Shown here: positions 1 to 12,876 of the stretch, in pieces
Layout: each line of letters opens with the position of its first letter
Position numbering within the stretch: the first letter of the stretch is position 1
NCBI GenBank assembly: GCA_050084985.1
Contig: JBITNC010000001.1
Span: forward strand, 146,692,001-146,756,000
Length of the DNA: 64,000 nucleotides
Direction: 5' to 3'
Source of the DNA: Nageia nagi
Lineage: Eukaryota; Plantae; Pinophyta
The notes under the pieces: model-generated
Told to the model about the DNA's origin: nothing
The model's input: only the letters and a program-made list of their open reading frames with translations
Database searches by the model: none
Made by a program: the position numbers and the translations under genes

Positions 1-842
1 CCTTTGAAAATCCACTATTCGAGTATTATATATTAAAAAAAAACATATGGAATAATAATTATTTATACCAACTGGACCATAAAAATAAATAGAAGAATAA
101 GTCTTTTTATATTGAATTCTTGATACCATTTTGCAAAAAAAAAATTAAAAAAAAATTTAATATATTGATAACTTTTTTTAAAATATTAATCATTAATCAA
201 ATACTATGTATTTATGTAAAATGAATAATGCAATAAAATTTTGAAATATATACATATTGTTAATATACCTATTCAAAACTATTAAAAATAAAATATATAT
301 AAGGAATATAAATGTTATATTTTTTAAAAAATAATTATAATTAGTAATTACGTTTTGGTATAAATTTTTATTAGAACCTTGAAATAAATAAATTTTTAAA
401 AACTTTATTACAAAAACTCAAATTAAAGAAGGTTTAACAAAACTAGATGACAGACGTGTCAAACACGTTATGTAAGGTGCCTGCCATAGTATTTGGCATC
501 TAAAACTGTGGATATATCTCAACAGTTTTTTGAATACTTGCAACGGATGATGGTATCACCTTTAGCACATCCAAGAAAGATTCTATGGAAAGGAATGAAG
601 CATATTCATAGCCGTTGGAAATTGGAGAATATAAGAAGTTTTGAAAATTCTGTCGGTTGAGACTACGAAAATCCATTCGTTGGCGATCAGAGGAGATGAG
701 TCGGTTTGGAAAATCTGTCCGTTGTAGATCGGACAATATAATGAAGGGTTTTCCAGTTATGAATGTGCCTTCTAATTCATGCTTTCTAACTAATCACTTT
801 CTTTCTCTTTTCTCTTCTATGTTTATGCGATTTGGAGAATAG

Positions 843-1439
843 AGCTGCTAGGAAGGTGAACCTTGCAGATCTGATAAGAAGAGAAGGCGACTGAACAAGA
901 GAACACTTCAATTGCCATCATATGTTCTGCATACCATGCCTACTGGAAAGTGTCTTACATTTCAAATATCTATTTCATAGTAAAGCTGCTACGCTGGGAA
1001 GGAGAACTGTGACTGCATATTTATTGCATATATCTAGCGCATCATCAGACAAGAATCCCGTGGCTGTCTCTGAATATTAAAGGAAATTCTTTTAAGGTAT
1101 TTTCATGTTTATTGGCTGCGATACTTAGTGTAATACTGTACAATTTGTTTCTATGTAATTTATAACTTTTTAATTCCTTAAGATTTTAGTTTCTCAAAAT
1201 TTAAAGTATGAAAACTGTCAATAGCATATCATTCTTTGAATTTCAATAGTGTTTGGGTTGAAATGTTATTAGATTCAATATATTCATTTTGGATAGCAAG
1301 TGAAGGCAGATGTAAAGGACATATGTAGGTAGTGGGTGTACATAATAATTTTGTTAGGTTTCAGATTGCAACAACCCTAGTTTCTGGGTCGTGTATAGAA
1401 TGGCGATTCAAAGTAGTTGAGGTTTCTGAAGGTTTTGCA
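843..1439 (+). pseudogene. Two-exon gene fragment, possibly class-B auxin response factor middle region, copy A
   Basis: Branch-point/polypyrimidine/AG before 843, AAG|GTATTT donor at 1096/1097, an AT-rich 261-bp intron, and TTTTGTTAG|G acceptor at 1357/1358. The spliced frame ends GFRLQQP*FLGRV*NGDSK*LRFLKVL, resembling ETT/ARF4 ESLRFQ(R/K)VLQGQE. The family call rests on this short motif only. Confidence 0.4.
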
Positions 1440-1921
1440 CTCCAACGTAACTGTTATGCACATCGTAGTGTAGGATTCGAGGCCCAATATGGACTCATCC
1501 AAATGGAAGTTGGATTCCTCATCATCTCATGCCCGATGCTCATCCATACATGATCATATTTCTACATCTCTTCAACCAGATCTTAGAAATAATACTCTCC
1601 AAATGGGCTCACTTATCCTGTGCTGACATTGCCCGAGGCATGTTAAGCAGTACAATGTAGACTAAGGTATCCTGCAAGTTAGATGAGGGTAGATAGTATC
1701 ATCTTTCATCACGAAGTTGACCTTGCACTTCATCTTGTTCGATATAGAGTATCAAACCCGAAACCTTGTAACTGCCCTTCCAACATGAAAAGCAACATCG
1801 TCTTCCCAATGCCCTATGGTCCTAACACGACAAGAACCTCACTAAGGTACACTATTCCTATAATACCATTATGTATCATTTTCTCAATGGGCACCGTTCC
1901 TAGCTCTTCGATATCCTCAAA
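1440..1921 (-). pseudogene. ABCG (WBC-type) half-transporter pseudogene, NBD exon fragment, copy A
   Basis: The minus strand, after a polypyrimidine-CAG acceptor at 1922-1924, reads FEDI..EKMIHNGIIGIVYLSEVLVVLGP*GIGKTMLL (Walker A), KMKCKVNFVMKDDTIYPHLT (Q-loop region), LKRCRNMI and MSIGHEMMRNPTS. This is collinear with plant ABCG14/21-like NBDs (EKTILNGITG..PGEILAMLGPSGSGKT..QDDVLYPHLTV). Stops and frameshifts are present and the ABC signature is deleted. Confidence 0.88.
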
Positions 1922-1979
1922 CTGTCAACAAAAAAATAACTTCAAAAACCTTGATACGAAACAGAAAATTAACATAACT

Positions 1980-3154
1980 TATCCTACATTCGACCCTTTT
2001 GATTCTCAATCATCAATCCTAGATGAAAATGCTTTTAAATCAGCATTTATTATTCTAATTATAAACCTAGCAAGTATCACTATTCCTCTCATGAATAATA
2101 TCCCATTTGATGTCTACTCTAGTGAGATGCTTTATACTTAATCTTTGTTTTGATAACATCTAGTGCTTTCTTATCATATGGAAACCAACATTATCATATC
2201 ATACACCATCTAGGTAGCCATGATCATTTTTATATATCCAATTTTGAAAATAATCCCAAAAGATAATAGGAAAATGCTTTTACAAATGTACAAGCATAGC
2301 AAAAATACTAGTTCAAATTTAGATACCTAAATCTAACTTATAAGTGTAAATACACTAATTTTATTTAAACATTCACAACAAAATTAACTACTTATAAAGA
2401 ATAGACTTCATCTTTTATCCATGAGGTTTCTTGAAATGTTGTTACAACTATATGCTGATAACATCTAATTGTTTCCTCTGATAAATGATTACCATAAGTC
2501 ATGGTTTACATCTAATCTTTCATAAACATTATGAACATTCATTGTAACCTCTTTTGCTAAAGCAATCATAGGATACAAATCTATTTTAATAAAAATGTTG
2601 ATATCAAATGTTAGTTCATCTCAAATATTCAACATTTGAGAATTACTCAAAGTTAGATTTTTAAATGCAATATCTTAGTGCTATTCAAGCTCTCAACTTT
2701 TCCCATTAATTTCAAGTAATAACAGTTCAACATATCAAGAATATACCATCCTTATATTCCTAAAATTTATAGCAATAGCTTTGGCATAGCCTTATTTCTT
2801 TAAAAAATTCAGATCCAAAGTATCTGTATTCTCAACATCAAACATGGCTATCAACATATAAGTATGTATTACATTATTTCACAATAATCCATTCATCCTA
2901 TCTAGGAAAGGATAACCATAAAGTTAGCATCTAGTTAAAATATGGCTAAATAATATTGAGAAAATCAATTATAAAGATCACTCCACATGTAAAATTTGTC
3001 AAAGTAAGAAATGAAAATAAATATTTTACAATCAATCTTCTCTTCATGATGTTCATACCTATATGCATCATCAAGAATACCTAAACTTGTCACATACTTA
3101 CAAAAGCTAGTTAGCCCAATAGGTCCAAGCATTTTAACTTGAGCTCTAATACCA
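1980..3154 (-). mobile_element. copia-c PBS plus truncated internal region
   Basis: GCTCTAATACCA at 3143-3154 is the PBS on the minus strand. Homologous to 39341-40500. Confidence 0.6.
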
Positions 3155-5214
3155 ATGTAAGAAACTAAAAATCCCAACCATAAAATGTTTCATTGGAGCA
3201 CTAAAGTTTAGTCAAACATTAGGTGATAAGGTTCATTTGCATTTGATTTATTTCTAATAAAGCAATAAATTTACCATGCATTCATATTGATTGAAACCAA
3301 AAAATTTTACTCATACATATCCATTAATCATGATAATATACAAATTTTAAAAACAATTGAAGCAAAATAATCCAATCATCAAGGCATTCCAATAACCAAA
3401 AGTTTGAGCTAAGCTCGGGAAAAAGCCTAGACATTTCACTCTAGGTAAACCCTTGGTAGCTATGCTACCTAATAATATTTTATTATTACCCATAACAAAT
3501 ATTAAAATCTTATCTTCAACCATGTACTTACTTCCTCAATCTTAAGTTATAACTAAATCAAGATCTTCATGATCTTATCCATGTACCATCCAACCAAATA
3601 GTTGTTTTGTACAATATGTGTCTCATACATCATAGAGATTTCAAGCTAATTTTCAACAATGCATAAAATGCCATATATAGTTACCCAATCACATAAAAAA
3701 ACCAATGAGATATAACCAATACAAGGTATCATCAATCCATTACAAGTGCAACATCAAGTACTAAGGATCCAACACAAAATGATCCACCATGCACCAAAAG
3801 ATTATCATTCATATATAGACCCTATAACTAGTGCAAAGTGTAACCATCAAGCTGATACCATGAGCTTGACTATGTTACACATAAATCTCAATTTTTTTAT
3901 TATCTTAAGAAATCATAATAATAACCAACATTAAACAACTTTGCCAACTCAATCATTGCATTAATCCTAGGTTATACCATCTTGAGATATTTTACTCAAA
4001 GAACCCTCAATTCAAGAGCATATCAATATCCTACTCAATACTCAAAATGCATCTTTATGATAATGCATCACTAATACAATTTGCTACAAATAAATTACAT
4101 GCAAGTAGACAATGATGTAAAAATGCTAAACTCATATCAGTACACAAAGTAATCACTATAATATGAAAAGAACTTAAACAAATATACTATGCATTACATA
4201 TCCATAAATATTTAGATACCATCAAATATGAAGTATGCAATAACATATATCTACCATAATATCATGATAGTATCACAAATGAACAAATATCAATAGTATG
4301 TAAGTCTTTATCAAGACATTAACTTTTAAATGTTTACAATGTATACTATTATAATATAAGCACTTATTTTAAAAATAAGAAACTTAACAAGTCCAAATAA
4401 GCCAATATGTATGATATTATAAATGTATTTCAACCAATAATACAACTTTCTCAATAATAATGCAAGCCTTCAACTAAATCCAAGTTAATATCTCAACAAT
4501 ATAATTGCATCTTGTTTGCCTATGTTTGTTTACATATTAGTTAATAATGCTAACTACTTTATTCAGAATATAAATGCATATATGTACCCATATTATCCTT
4601 GAATACAATAATAAAAGCAAGTTACTATTTCAACTAATAAAAAGGTTAATGCTCTCTTTTACAATCTTCCTATAGTCTAGTTTTGTAGATCAAATTTAAG
4701 AAAATATTCAAACTCTAATTTTAAATATCTTTACATTTTGAATAGTATCTAAAACATACTTTCAAATGATACAATACTTCCAAAAATTAAATATATACAA
4801 CAAAAGTTATAATCAATTCAATATGTCAACTTGCCTCTTTTTATAGTTTTGAAAAGACTAAAAAGGGTTTTTGAGATTCCTACAATAAGAAGTAACAACT
4901 CCAATTTAGACAAGTTATATACCATTGGAAAGAGAAATGATAGATCTTTCCAATGTTACAAAGTGCATAAACAACCAAGTAGTAACATAAAAACTATAGC
5001 CTTCTCAAATGCATAGTTTAATCTCTTTGATAAAGAATTAGCTACACACAAAACCCACTACACCTTTTGGAAAAATAACTTGTTTCCAATTTTGATTACA
5101 ATTGATGTAAAATGGGGTATTATAATATTTTTTAGGCTAACCATCATCACTAATACAAATATTTTTTTGATAAAAACTAAGTTTTCTCTTAACAAATATA
5201 TATTTTGTTAGTAT

Positions 5215-8200
5215 GGCAGGTAAAACAAAATCTAAAAGATCAATAGAACGTAAAGGAAGAAATCACTAATGGCCTTGTGGAAGTAAAAGATGATACCATC
5301 TTGGAAAGTTTCTTAAACATACAAAGGAAAAAGGAAAGAAAAAGCTACAAGAAGTAGCCACTTCAAGAAAGGGAAATAAAATGATGATCATCAAACCTAG
5401 TGTAAAATCTAATTTTTCTCTCTTCTATGGAAGAAATGTTCCTACCCTCACTCATGAAATCATCAATTACCTTCAATATAGGAGTCAAAAAATGTCATTA
5501 TCTGATGAGGAGCCCAAGAAATGATCGATAAGGAAGATCCCACTAGTAAATGAGGATGAAAGGAATGGAGGAAATCATTTTATGTACTAAATAATACTAA
5601 ATCCTTCCTAAATGTATTGTTTATTATTCATTTTGTGAAAAAGAAGTCTCTTATTTTGAAATACATAAAAAAGTTTTACTATCAAATAAGAGTGGATAGA
5701 TTGCAAAGATTTAAACTTTATTATTAGTTTCCATTAACAAACTCAATGGCAAGTTATCTTAGTTGAATGATTCCTAATCAACATACTATAATCTATTAAT
5801 AGATAATTCAAAATTGAAGAATTCTAAAGCTTGATCCAAAAAGCTATATATAGGGGGATTAGGAATATAGGAATTGCATTTCACAAAATGGCTCAAAAAT
5901 GATAAAATAAGAAAAATATATGAGAAAGAACCCAATTTACCTTATATTTAGAAACTATAAATGAATATGTAGTTTTCCAAGGAAGACTTTATTGCAAAGC
6001 ATCCATGAGACAACAAGAGATCCTAAATTTGTCCTAGTGAGATTGAAGATGGATCCATGTAAGCCAAGAGTGTATCAATAGTGCATTATAAGGTGCAAGT
6101 AAAATTACCCTCCAAGTGAGACTAGGATAGGAAAATAAGTGAATAAAAGAAAGCAAATATTCATCATTTGAAGTTGGGTGATCACACAATAATCAAATTT
6201 GTTTAATGGATAAAGGGGAACAATGGCTAGATCTTAAAGAAGAAGAAAATCAGTGCCTCTAATGAACATCATGATAAGAAATTATAAATCCCATAATGAA
6301 TAATATTTTCTTAATTACATTTAAAGAGAGCAAGGAATGTAGTCAAGATGATATCTCCTATGATTCACTATGATTCATTTTCAATGCATCTAAAATCAAG
6401 AAATCCTACCTATAAAAATAACATCTACCTAGATATGAGATAACTAATAAATGATAAATATATAGAAAAACACTCAAATGAGTGGATAAGGGAGAATTCA
6501 CATTAAATATCTATTGAAGAATTGTGTATGGTGAGAATTCATACTCTCTAAAGTCATATCTAAAAAGATACTAAGGGAATTATTGAAAGATATTATGCCA
6601 AATAAATGCACAATATGACACTACCTTTATATGTACAATGTGACATCTCAACAAAAAGGGGTTAATAATTCTTAGATGACTTTACTTATGAAATTATAGT
6701 GAAAAAAAATTATTAAGAATAATAATGTGGTCTATTGTAGAGAATGAATATCTATGGTAATAGTTGAAAAATATAAAAGAACAGATAAAGCATCTTTGAT
6801 AGGAGCATAAAGAATGTGAAAAAATTTAGAATACCACTTGTTTAGAAAGAAATAAGTTAATGATTAAGCTCATTGAATAAGAATGAAATCTTATTCATCA
6901 AATTCAAAGTGTGCAAGAATAAGCATTTGCACACCTTAGTGCCTCTTTGTAAGAAATAGAAAGTGGAAAATGTAGGCACAAAGGTATGAAAAATTATTGT
7001 TTCAACATGGCATTCATGTAACATCGAAGTCACCCGATGATAAGGGTAAAAATGTATCTCTAATGGAGAGTAAAATGGGATAAAGTCTCTATTTTTTTAT
7101 ACTATTAATCGATTTAAATAAATGATTGTTGATAATGAGTACTACAAATCATTGTTTAATTTCATATGTATTTTCAAAAATGTGAGAAGTAGGAAATTTT
7201 TTAAAATGCTAATGATTATTTGCTTATCTTTTGGGTTTGCTATAAAGCTTTAATGTGAAATATTTAATGAATTCTTTATTTATATACAAACCTTATAAAG
7301 ATAGGTGAGCAAAGAAATTTTTTATGACATTGAAAGTGCATTTCTATGCGAATAATTGATCATCGAAGCAAAATGAAGAGAATCTATTTGGATTTAAAGA
7401 GATAATTTTAATCAAGAAATGCTTATGTTGATGATCAAGCAAGTTTAGTTGGTCATTGTAAACAAAAAGTTCTAAATTGTTCAATATATCTTTGAAATAA
7501 ATTGAATTTTCACAAGAATTTTAGAAGCAAGCTCGACTTTTATCTCAACTTGAGATAAATGTAATTTTCAACTAGGGTTATATTCTTGATGATAACTATG
7601 TTATTATTATTTTTAAGCAACAATGACTATTTGGTTTGAATTAATTGTTCATTTTATTTTGAAAAATGATTCTTTGAAATACTATTATTTATGATACTTG
7701 TTTAGAATGAAAAATAAGAGGATATGAATCTATGTGTTTGATTCAAATATTATGTGCTTTAGATCCTAATCAATAATAATATGGTGTAAATATCCATGAA
7801 TAAGGGTGAGATAACATATATGTTTCAAAATATCAAGTGAGGATCTATTAAAATGATGATAAACATTGTGATATGGAAGTTATTATTTCTAAAAGACATT
7901 TGGGTTCCCAAGATATGGGCATGGTAGCTTGAACCATTGGGGATACTAACTAATAGTTATGGTAAGGTTAGTTATCTTACCTCAGGAAAAGAGGTAGTAA
8001 TTGAGATATATGTACTATACCAGATGAGGTATAAGTTACAATCATTTTTTATCATGGATTAATGATTAGGAATGATGGTTATTCTAGGGATGATGCACTA
8101 TATCCATGGTTTAGTGGAAAATATGTCATGTGTTATGACCTCATTTTGGATTAGCATTACCTTGGGTGATATGAGCCCCAAGATGAAACTAAAAATGCTA

Positions 8201-9200
8201 ACCCTATTGTCAAATAGGATATTGCAATTGACTAGTTAGTAGATAGAAATGGTGAGATCACATTATTACATTCAACCTAATTTGTAGATGGTTATGGTGG
8301 TGAAATCCAAAAATGAAGGGGTTGATCAATTCTAGTAGTTGATCAACTTAACCCACTTGAGCTTCAACTGATCATTAATCCTAACTCAAGTTGGTTCATT
8401 TAATATCCCTTGAAAATGTCAAATTAGGTGTATGAATTTAGAGTACCATGAATTGTGATCTCAAGAAATTAATAGGAGAAGAAACACAGAGGATTATGTT
8501 ACTCTTAAGAAGGAAAGTATGTAATGACCCACGCAATGGCACTAGTTGACCTTGAGCACAATCAAGGATGTGAATGAAACTATGTTTAAATTATTGCTAT
8601 GTGATGATCAATTTTAAGTGGAAATGTGTATTATTAGTATTGAGTTAATGCTAGTTTCAATATTTTATGATGCAAGTAACAAGTTACTGAAAGATGAAAG
8701 GAGAAATTAAAGACCCAACAAACTAAAGGTGAATTAGTGATGGGAATGAAAGGGTAAGAGGATAAAATGATTAGCATTGAATAGTTAACACACCCTATGA
8801 CTATCATAAATCATGTAGTTGCATATAGAATAATTGTTATGACTATCAATTTTTTGATGAAATTATGTTTGATAATGTATGTGGATTAATCTTGTCCTAT
8901 AGGATGAGGTGACCATTGCAAGTAAACATGTGCTTTCCCTTGTTTGGTATTTTTTAAATTCAAATTTTTAAATGAGGGAAAAATAAATATACCTTATTTA
9001 AATCTGAAAATTTATATAAGGTTAGAAACATAAATTTAATGGGGTAAAAGTTGAATATGAGTGTCTATATTATTACCACATAGGGCTACTAATTAAAACA
9101 CTATTAGATAGAGACTAAGGTCTCCCTTATGGTATTACAAGATATTTAATGGGTAGGAAAATAATGGAGTAATAACCCTACTTAGTTTTATTTTTTTGTG
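5215..9200 (+). mobile_element. Highly decayed retroelement debris (also at ~33300-37265 and ~49450-53380 on the minus strand)
   Basis: Only scattered motifs: a knuckle-like YCFN near 6995, DIESAFL near 7326 and YVDD near 7423. Family and boundaries are unresolved. Confidence 0.4.
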
Positions 9201-10214
9201 TTAGGTGTGGATAATAGTTGGCAGTAATTTTTAGTTAATAAAAAAGATTTCAAAGTATTAATACCATTTCAATCATCAATAAATTAAAGCAAAACCCCAA
9301 AACTTATTAAATGTGTGAGGAGACATCCATTTGGACACATTTGAACCCCTTTAGTTATAAATAAATGAGTAGAGCATTAGAAAAATACCTACCAATCTAT
9401 ATTTTATTATTTTATTTTTGTTATTCTCAAGCTTGGGTGTAGATTTACATGAAGAAAAGAGGTCTCTCTTTTGTATTTAAGTCAAGGAGCATTATTTTAC
9501 ATTCTTTTTGCCTAATTAAATTAGTCCTATTTTTGAGGTATTTAATAAGTTATATGATTGTAAACAAGTAATAAAATAATAATATTATAGAACTAATATT
9601 ACATCAACAAATCAAGATAATAAGATAAAACCCAACTTTTTGAAAATAAAAGAATGATAGCAAACCATAAGTTTTGAACACATTCATAATATATATAACT
9701 TTCTTATAATAATAATTTTCATAATGATAGCAAACCAATATTATAATAATTTTCTTAACATTTATGCAATCTATAGGAAGAAAGAATGGATTAATTTCCA
9801 ATATAACTTAATTAGAAATTTATCCTACATTATTATAACTACTACTTAGAGAGCATGAGATGAGTGTCTCATGAACTCTAAATTAATAGTTTCACCACTA
9901 TAATAACATGCCACTTTTCATGCTATGTGCCACCACACATATGCCAAAATCCACCTTAGGTATGCTACACACAAACATATGCAAGCCTTTCACATTACCA
10001 TCAACAAGAATCTCAAAGCTAACTCACCTAGTTTTACTCAATTCAAATAATATGCAATAATCTAGTTAATTTATTATTTAATAATAAATAAAATATTATT
10101 CAACACATAATAACATAAGTATGTCTATTTTATTATTATACAGTATATTTAATATATCCTAAAATACCAATATTATATATGTAATTTATAATATAAATAC
10201 TTAATACTAAATAT

Positions 10215-12776
10215 TGAGGTTTATAATATAAACTCAAACAACATCAATATTGAAGATATGAAGAAAACTAAATAGAACTATCCTTCATCAAATATAGATA
10301 AATAATAGAGTTGAATATATGAACTATATTAATAAAATAAGAGATTACATATAGTGGCAATGCAGCCAAAATTGTGATATAGTAGTGGAGAAAATAAAAG
10401 AAAACTTAAAGCTAAAGCATACAATAGCTCAATACTCCTCCAATATGATAATCAATAATCAAAAGAATGAATAACTATCCTAAGTCTACCTCAACCCTAA
10501 TATTCATGAGCAATCGGTTACAAGTAGGATTCTCACATTACATATAAATTACAATTACAAAAAAAATTATAAGTAACACCTCAAGAAGCATTCTAATAAG
10601 AACTATACCATAGATGATAAGTGTTATATAGGAGCATTGGCATTGGTTCAAAAGTTATTTTTTTAAATTTAAAAAATGATATTTAGTAACTCTTTTTATA
10701 AATACTCCTTAATGCTAACTAGAATCATAAGGGAGTTTCTCCACTTCAAAAAATCGTATTTAGCCATTTCTTTATAAATGCAGCTACTAATTGATTATGA
10801 GTGATAAATATCTTAGTTTAATTAGTATATTCTCCACAATATCATGAATAAAATGATATTTAAATTCAAATACTTGATATACTATGTTGGACTAGATGTT
10901 GTGCCAAGTGAATGGTACTGAAGTTTTCACAAAATAGTAAAGTAGGTTTTCTTGCTTATGATCTATCTCCCCCAAAATCTCTTGAATCCATAATGCTTAA
11001 GCACCTATGAAAGTGAGTATTATTATTTTGCTTCAATTGAGGACAGTGCCATTTGATCCTTACTTCTTTTAGCTCCATGTGATCAGTTTAGTTCCTAATA
11101 AAAACTATTTACCAGAATTAAATATTCGATCATCTAAACTTTTTCCCCAATCTGAATCACTAAAATCAAATACCTCCATTATCTCAAATGAAATTAATCA
11201 ATCCCATAATTAATATTAATCTTTAAAACCTTAGAATATTCTTTACAACCTTCAAATGCAATAAATATGGATCACTCATATAGCTTGAAACCATTTAGAG
11301 AACATAAGCAATATCCGATCCTATATTGGTAAGAAACATAAGGATTCAAATAATTCTCCTAAATTCCTTCAAAATTATTTTCTAATCCCCATCATATTTA
11401 CAACAATAGTACAAAATAGAAAATCAGTTGCATATTTTATTTAATAAATAAAGATTATACCATTATTTTGATATACCTATTTAGTAATAAAATAGTGTAC
11501 TATTTCAAAATTGTTCATTCCAAACTCTTATATTATATGAGCCTTGAATATCTCATTAAAAATAGAGATTCCACCTATATAAATCAAGTCATTTGTATTG
11601 AAACCCATAATTAGGATTTCATTACCTTCTTTCTTGATATAAAAGGTCATTGGAGAAAAACTCTTTATCATGGTTAGTAATCAAATATTTAATTATATAT
11701 ATCAATTTTTTATAATATGTTTGAAATATTTGAAATGTTGAAATACTTCATCTTATATTTATAGAGGAAGACCCAACATATTTGAGAGTTAATATCAATT
11801 AAGGTAAGAAACTTGTAAGAGTTCCTACCTAAACTCTGAGTTTGCATAGGCCTACAAATATCTAAGTGAATAACCTATAATAGGTATGAGGCCTTATATG
11901 CTTCCCCTTTAGTAATATTTTCCTAACATGCTTCTCAAGAGGACACCCTTTGCAAATAACTTTTGAGTACTTCAATTTAGAAAAACACACATTATCTAAT
12001 GAGATTTAACAATTTCATGCACCATAGTTCAAGAGGCCAAATCTGTTATGCAATAATCACTTTTATTTTTTTAACTATAATTCCATATGTAACAACATTT
12101 ACAAGTTTTCCCTTTCAAATCCCTAATTTAAGGGAAGCAACTATTTTTTTCATGGGAATATTGTGCTAGCCCTTTTTCCATTATTCTTACTATAAAGATA
12201 TACTTTCCAATCTCAAAAAAACCAATTTATAGTTTTCCCCTCTTAAGATTTTTTTCTTTTACTCAATAATTATGCTTCGTAATTGAACTTAATAAATATC
12301 ATTACCTTCTTATTTCTTTCATTGTTTCCCGTTCTATTACATCCTTTTCTGTAAAAGTCAAGTTTTTTTATCACCCAAACCTATGTTTATATTGTAGGGT
12401 GGCTAAGGAAGTGAAAATTCCTTGTTGTTAGTCATATAGTTTGAACACCTTGTATCAAGAAGGAAAGTTTCTTTCAGGTCTTTCATCTTGATTACAAGAT
12501 AGAATAACTTGTTCAAAAGGAGCCTTTTCCTCTCCATAGTTTTTATACTCCTTATTGCTTGTTGGAGTTACACTCCTCTCAAAATGACCAAACTTTTTGT
12601 AGTGGTAAAACTGTATATTTTTTTGTTCTCTTTTCATCCTCAACATGAGCAAAACCACTTAACATTATCTACCTTTTTTTGGAGAATTTTTGGCTTCTTA
12701 CTCGACCATTTTTACGTTATTTTTTTAGCATTATTAGCCCAAAATTGATGTAGAGATTTTTTTTTTTGTAATTTTA
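10215..12776 (-). mobile_element. copia-a, third copy (inverted, runs into the gap)
   Basis: Reverse complement of ~45770-48409. ORF 12455-12658 shows the knuckle remnant IQFYHYKKFGHFER. Confidence 0.88.
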
Positions 12777-12876
12777 NNNNNNNNNNNNNNNNNNNNNNNN
12801 NNNNNNNNNNNNNNNNNNNNNNNNNNNNNNNNNNNNNNNNNNNNNNNNNNNNNNNNNNNNNNNNNNNNNNNNNNNN
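12777..12876. other. Assembly gap (100 N)
   Basis: Exactly 100 N, the usual placeholder for a gap of unknown size. Confidence 0.99.

Larger units (their letters stand above)
1..12776. repeat. Large block, inverted copy of ~45770-58554
   Basis: Base 1 (CCTTTGAAAATCCAC) pairs with 58554, and the blocks are collinear in reverse complement up to the N gap. Confidence 0.93.

Noticed and set aside
500-736. Repeated ORFs 500-736 and 17947-18261 as a small gene family
   Set aside because: Their similarity reflects DNA duplication, the frames and stops differ between copies, and there is no recognisable domain.
1440-1980. Processed (retro)pseudogene origin of the ABCG fragment
   Set aside because: The upstream intron and splice acceptor are retained, and there is no poly(A) tail or TSD.
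1683-2141. 152-aa plus-strand ORF as a real gene
   Set aside because: It is the antisense of the ABCG pseudo-exon running into TE sequence, and it is not called as an ORF in the near-identical inverted copy.
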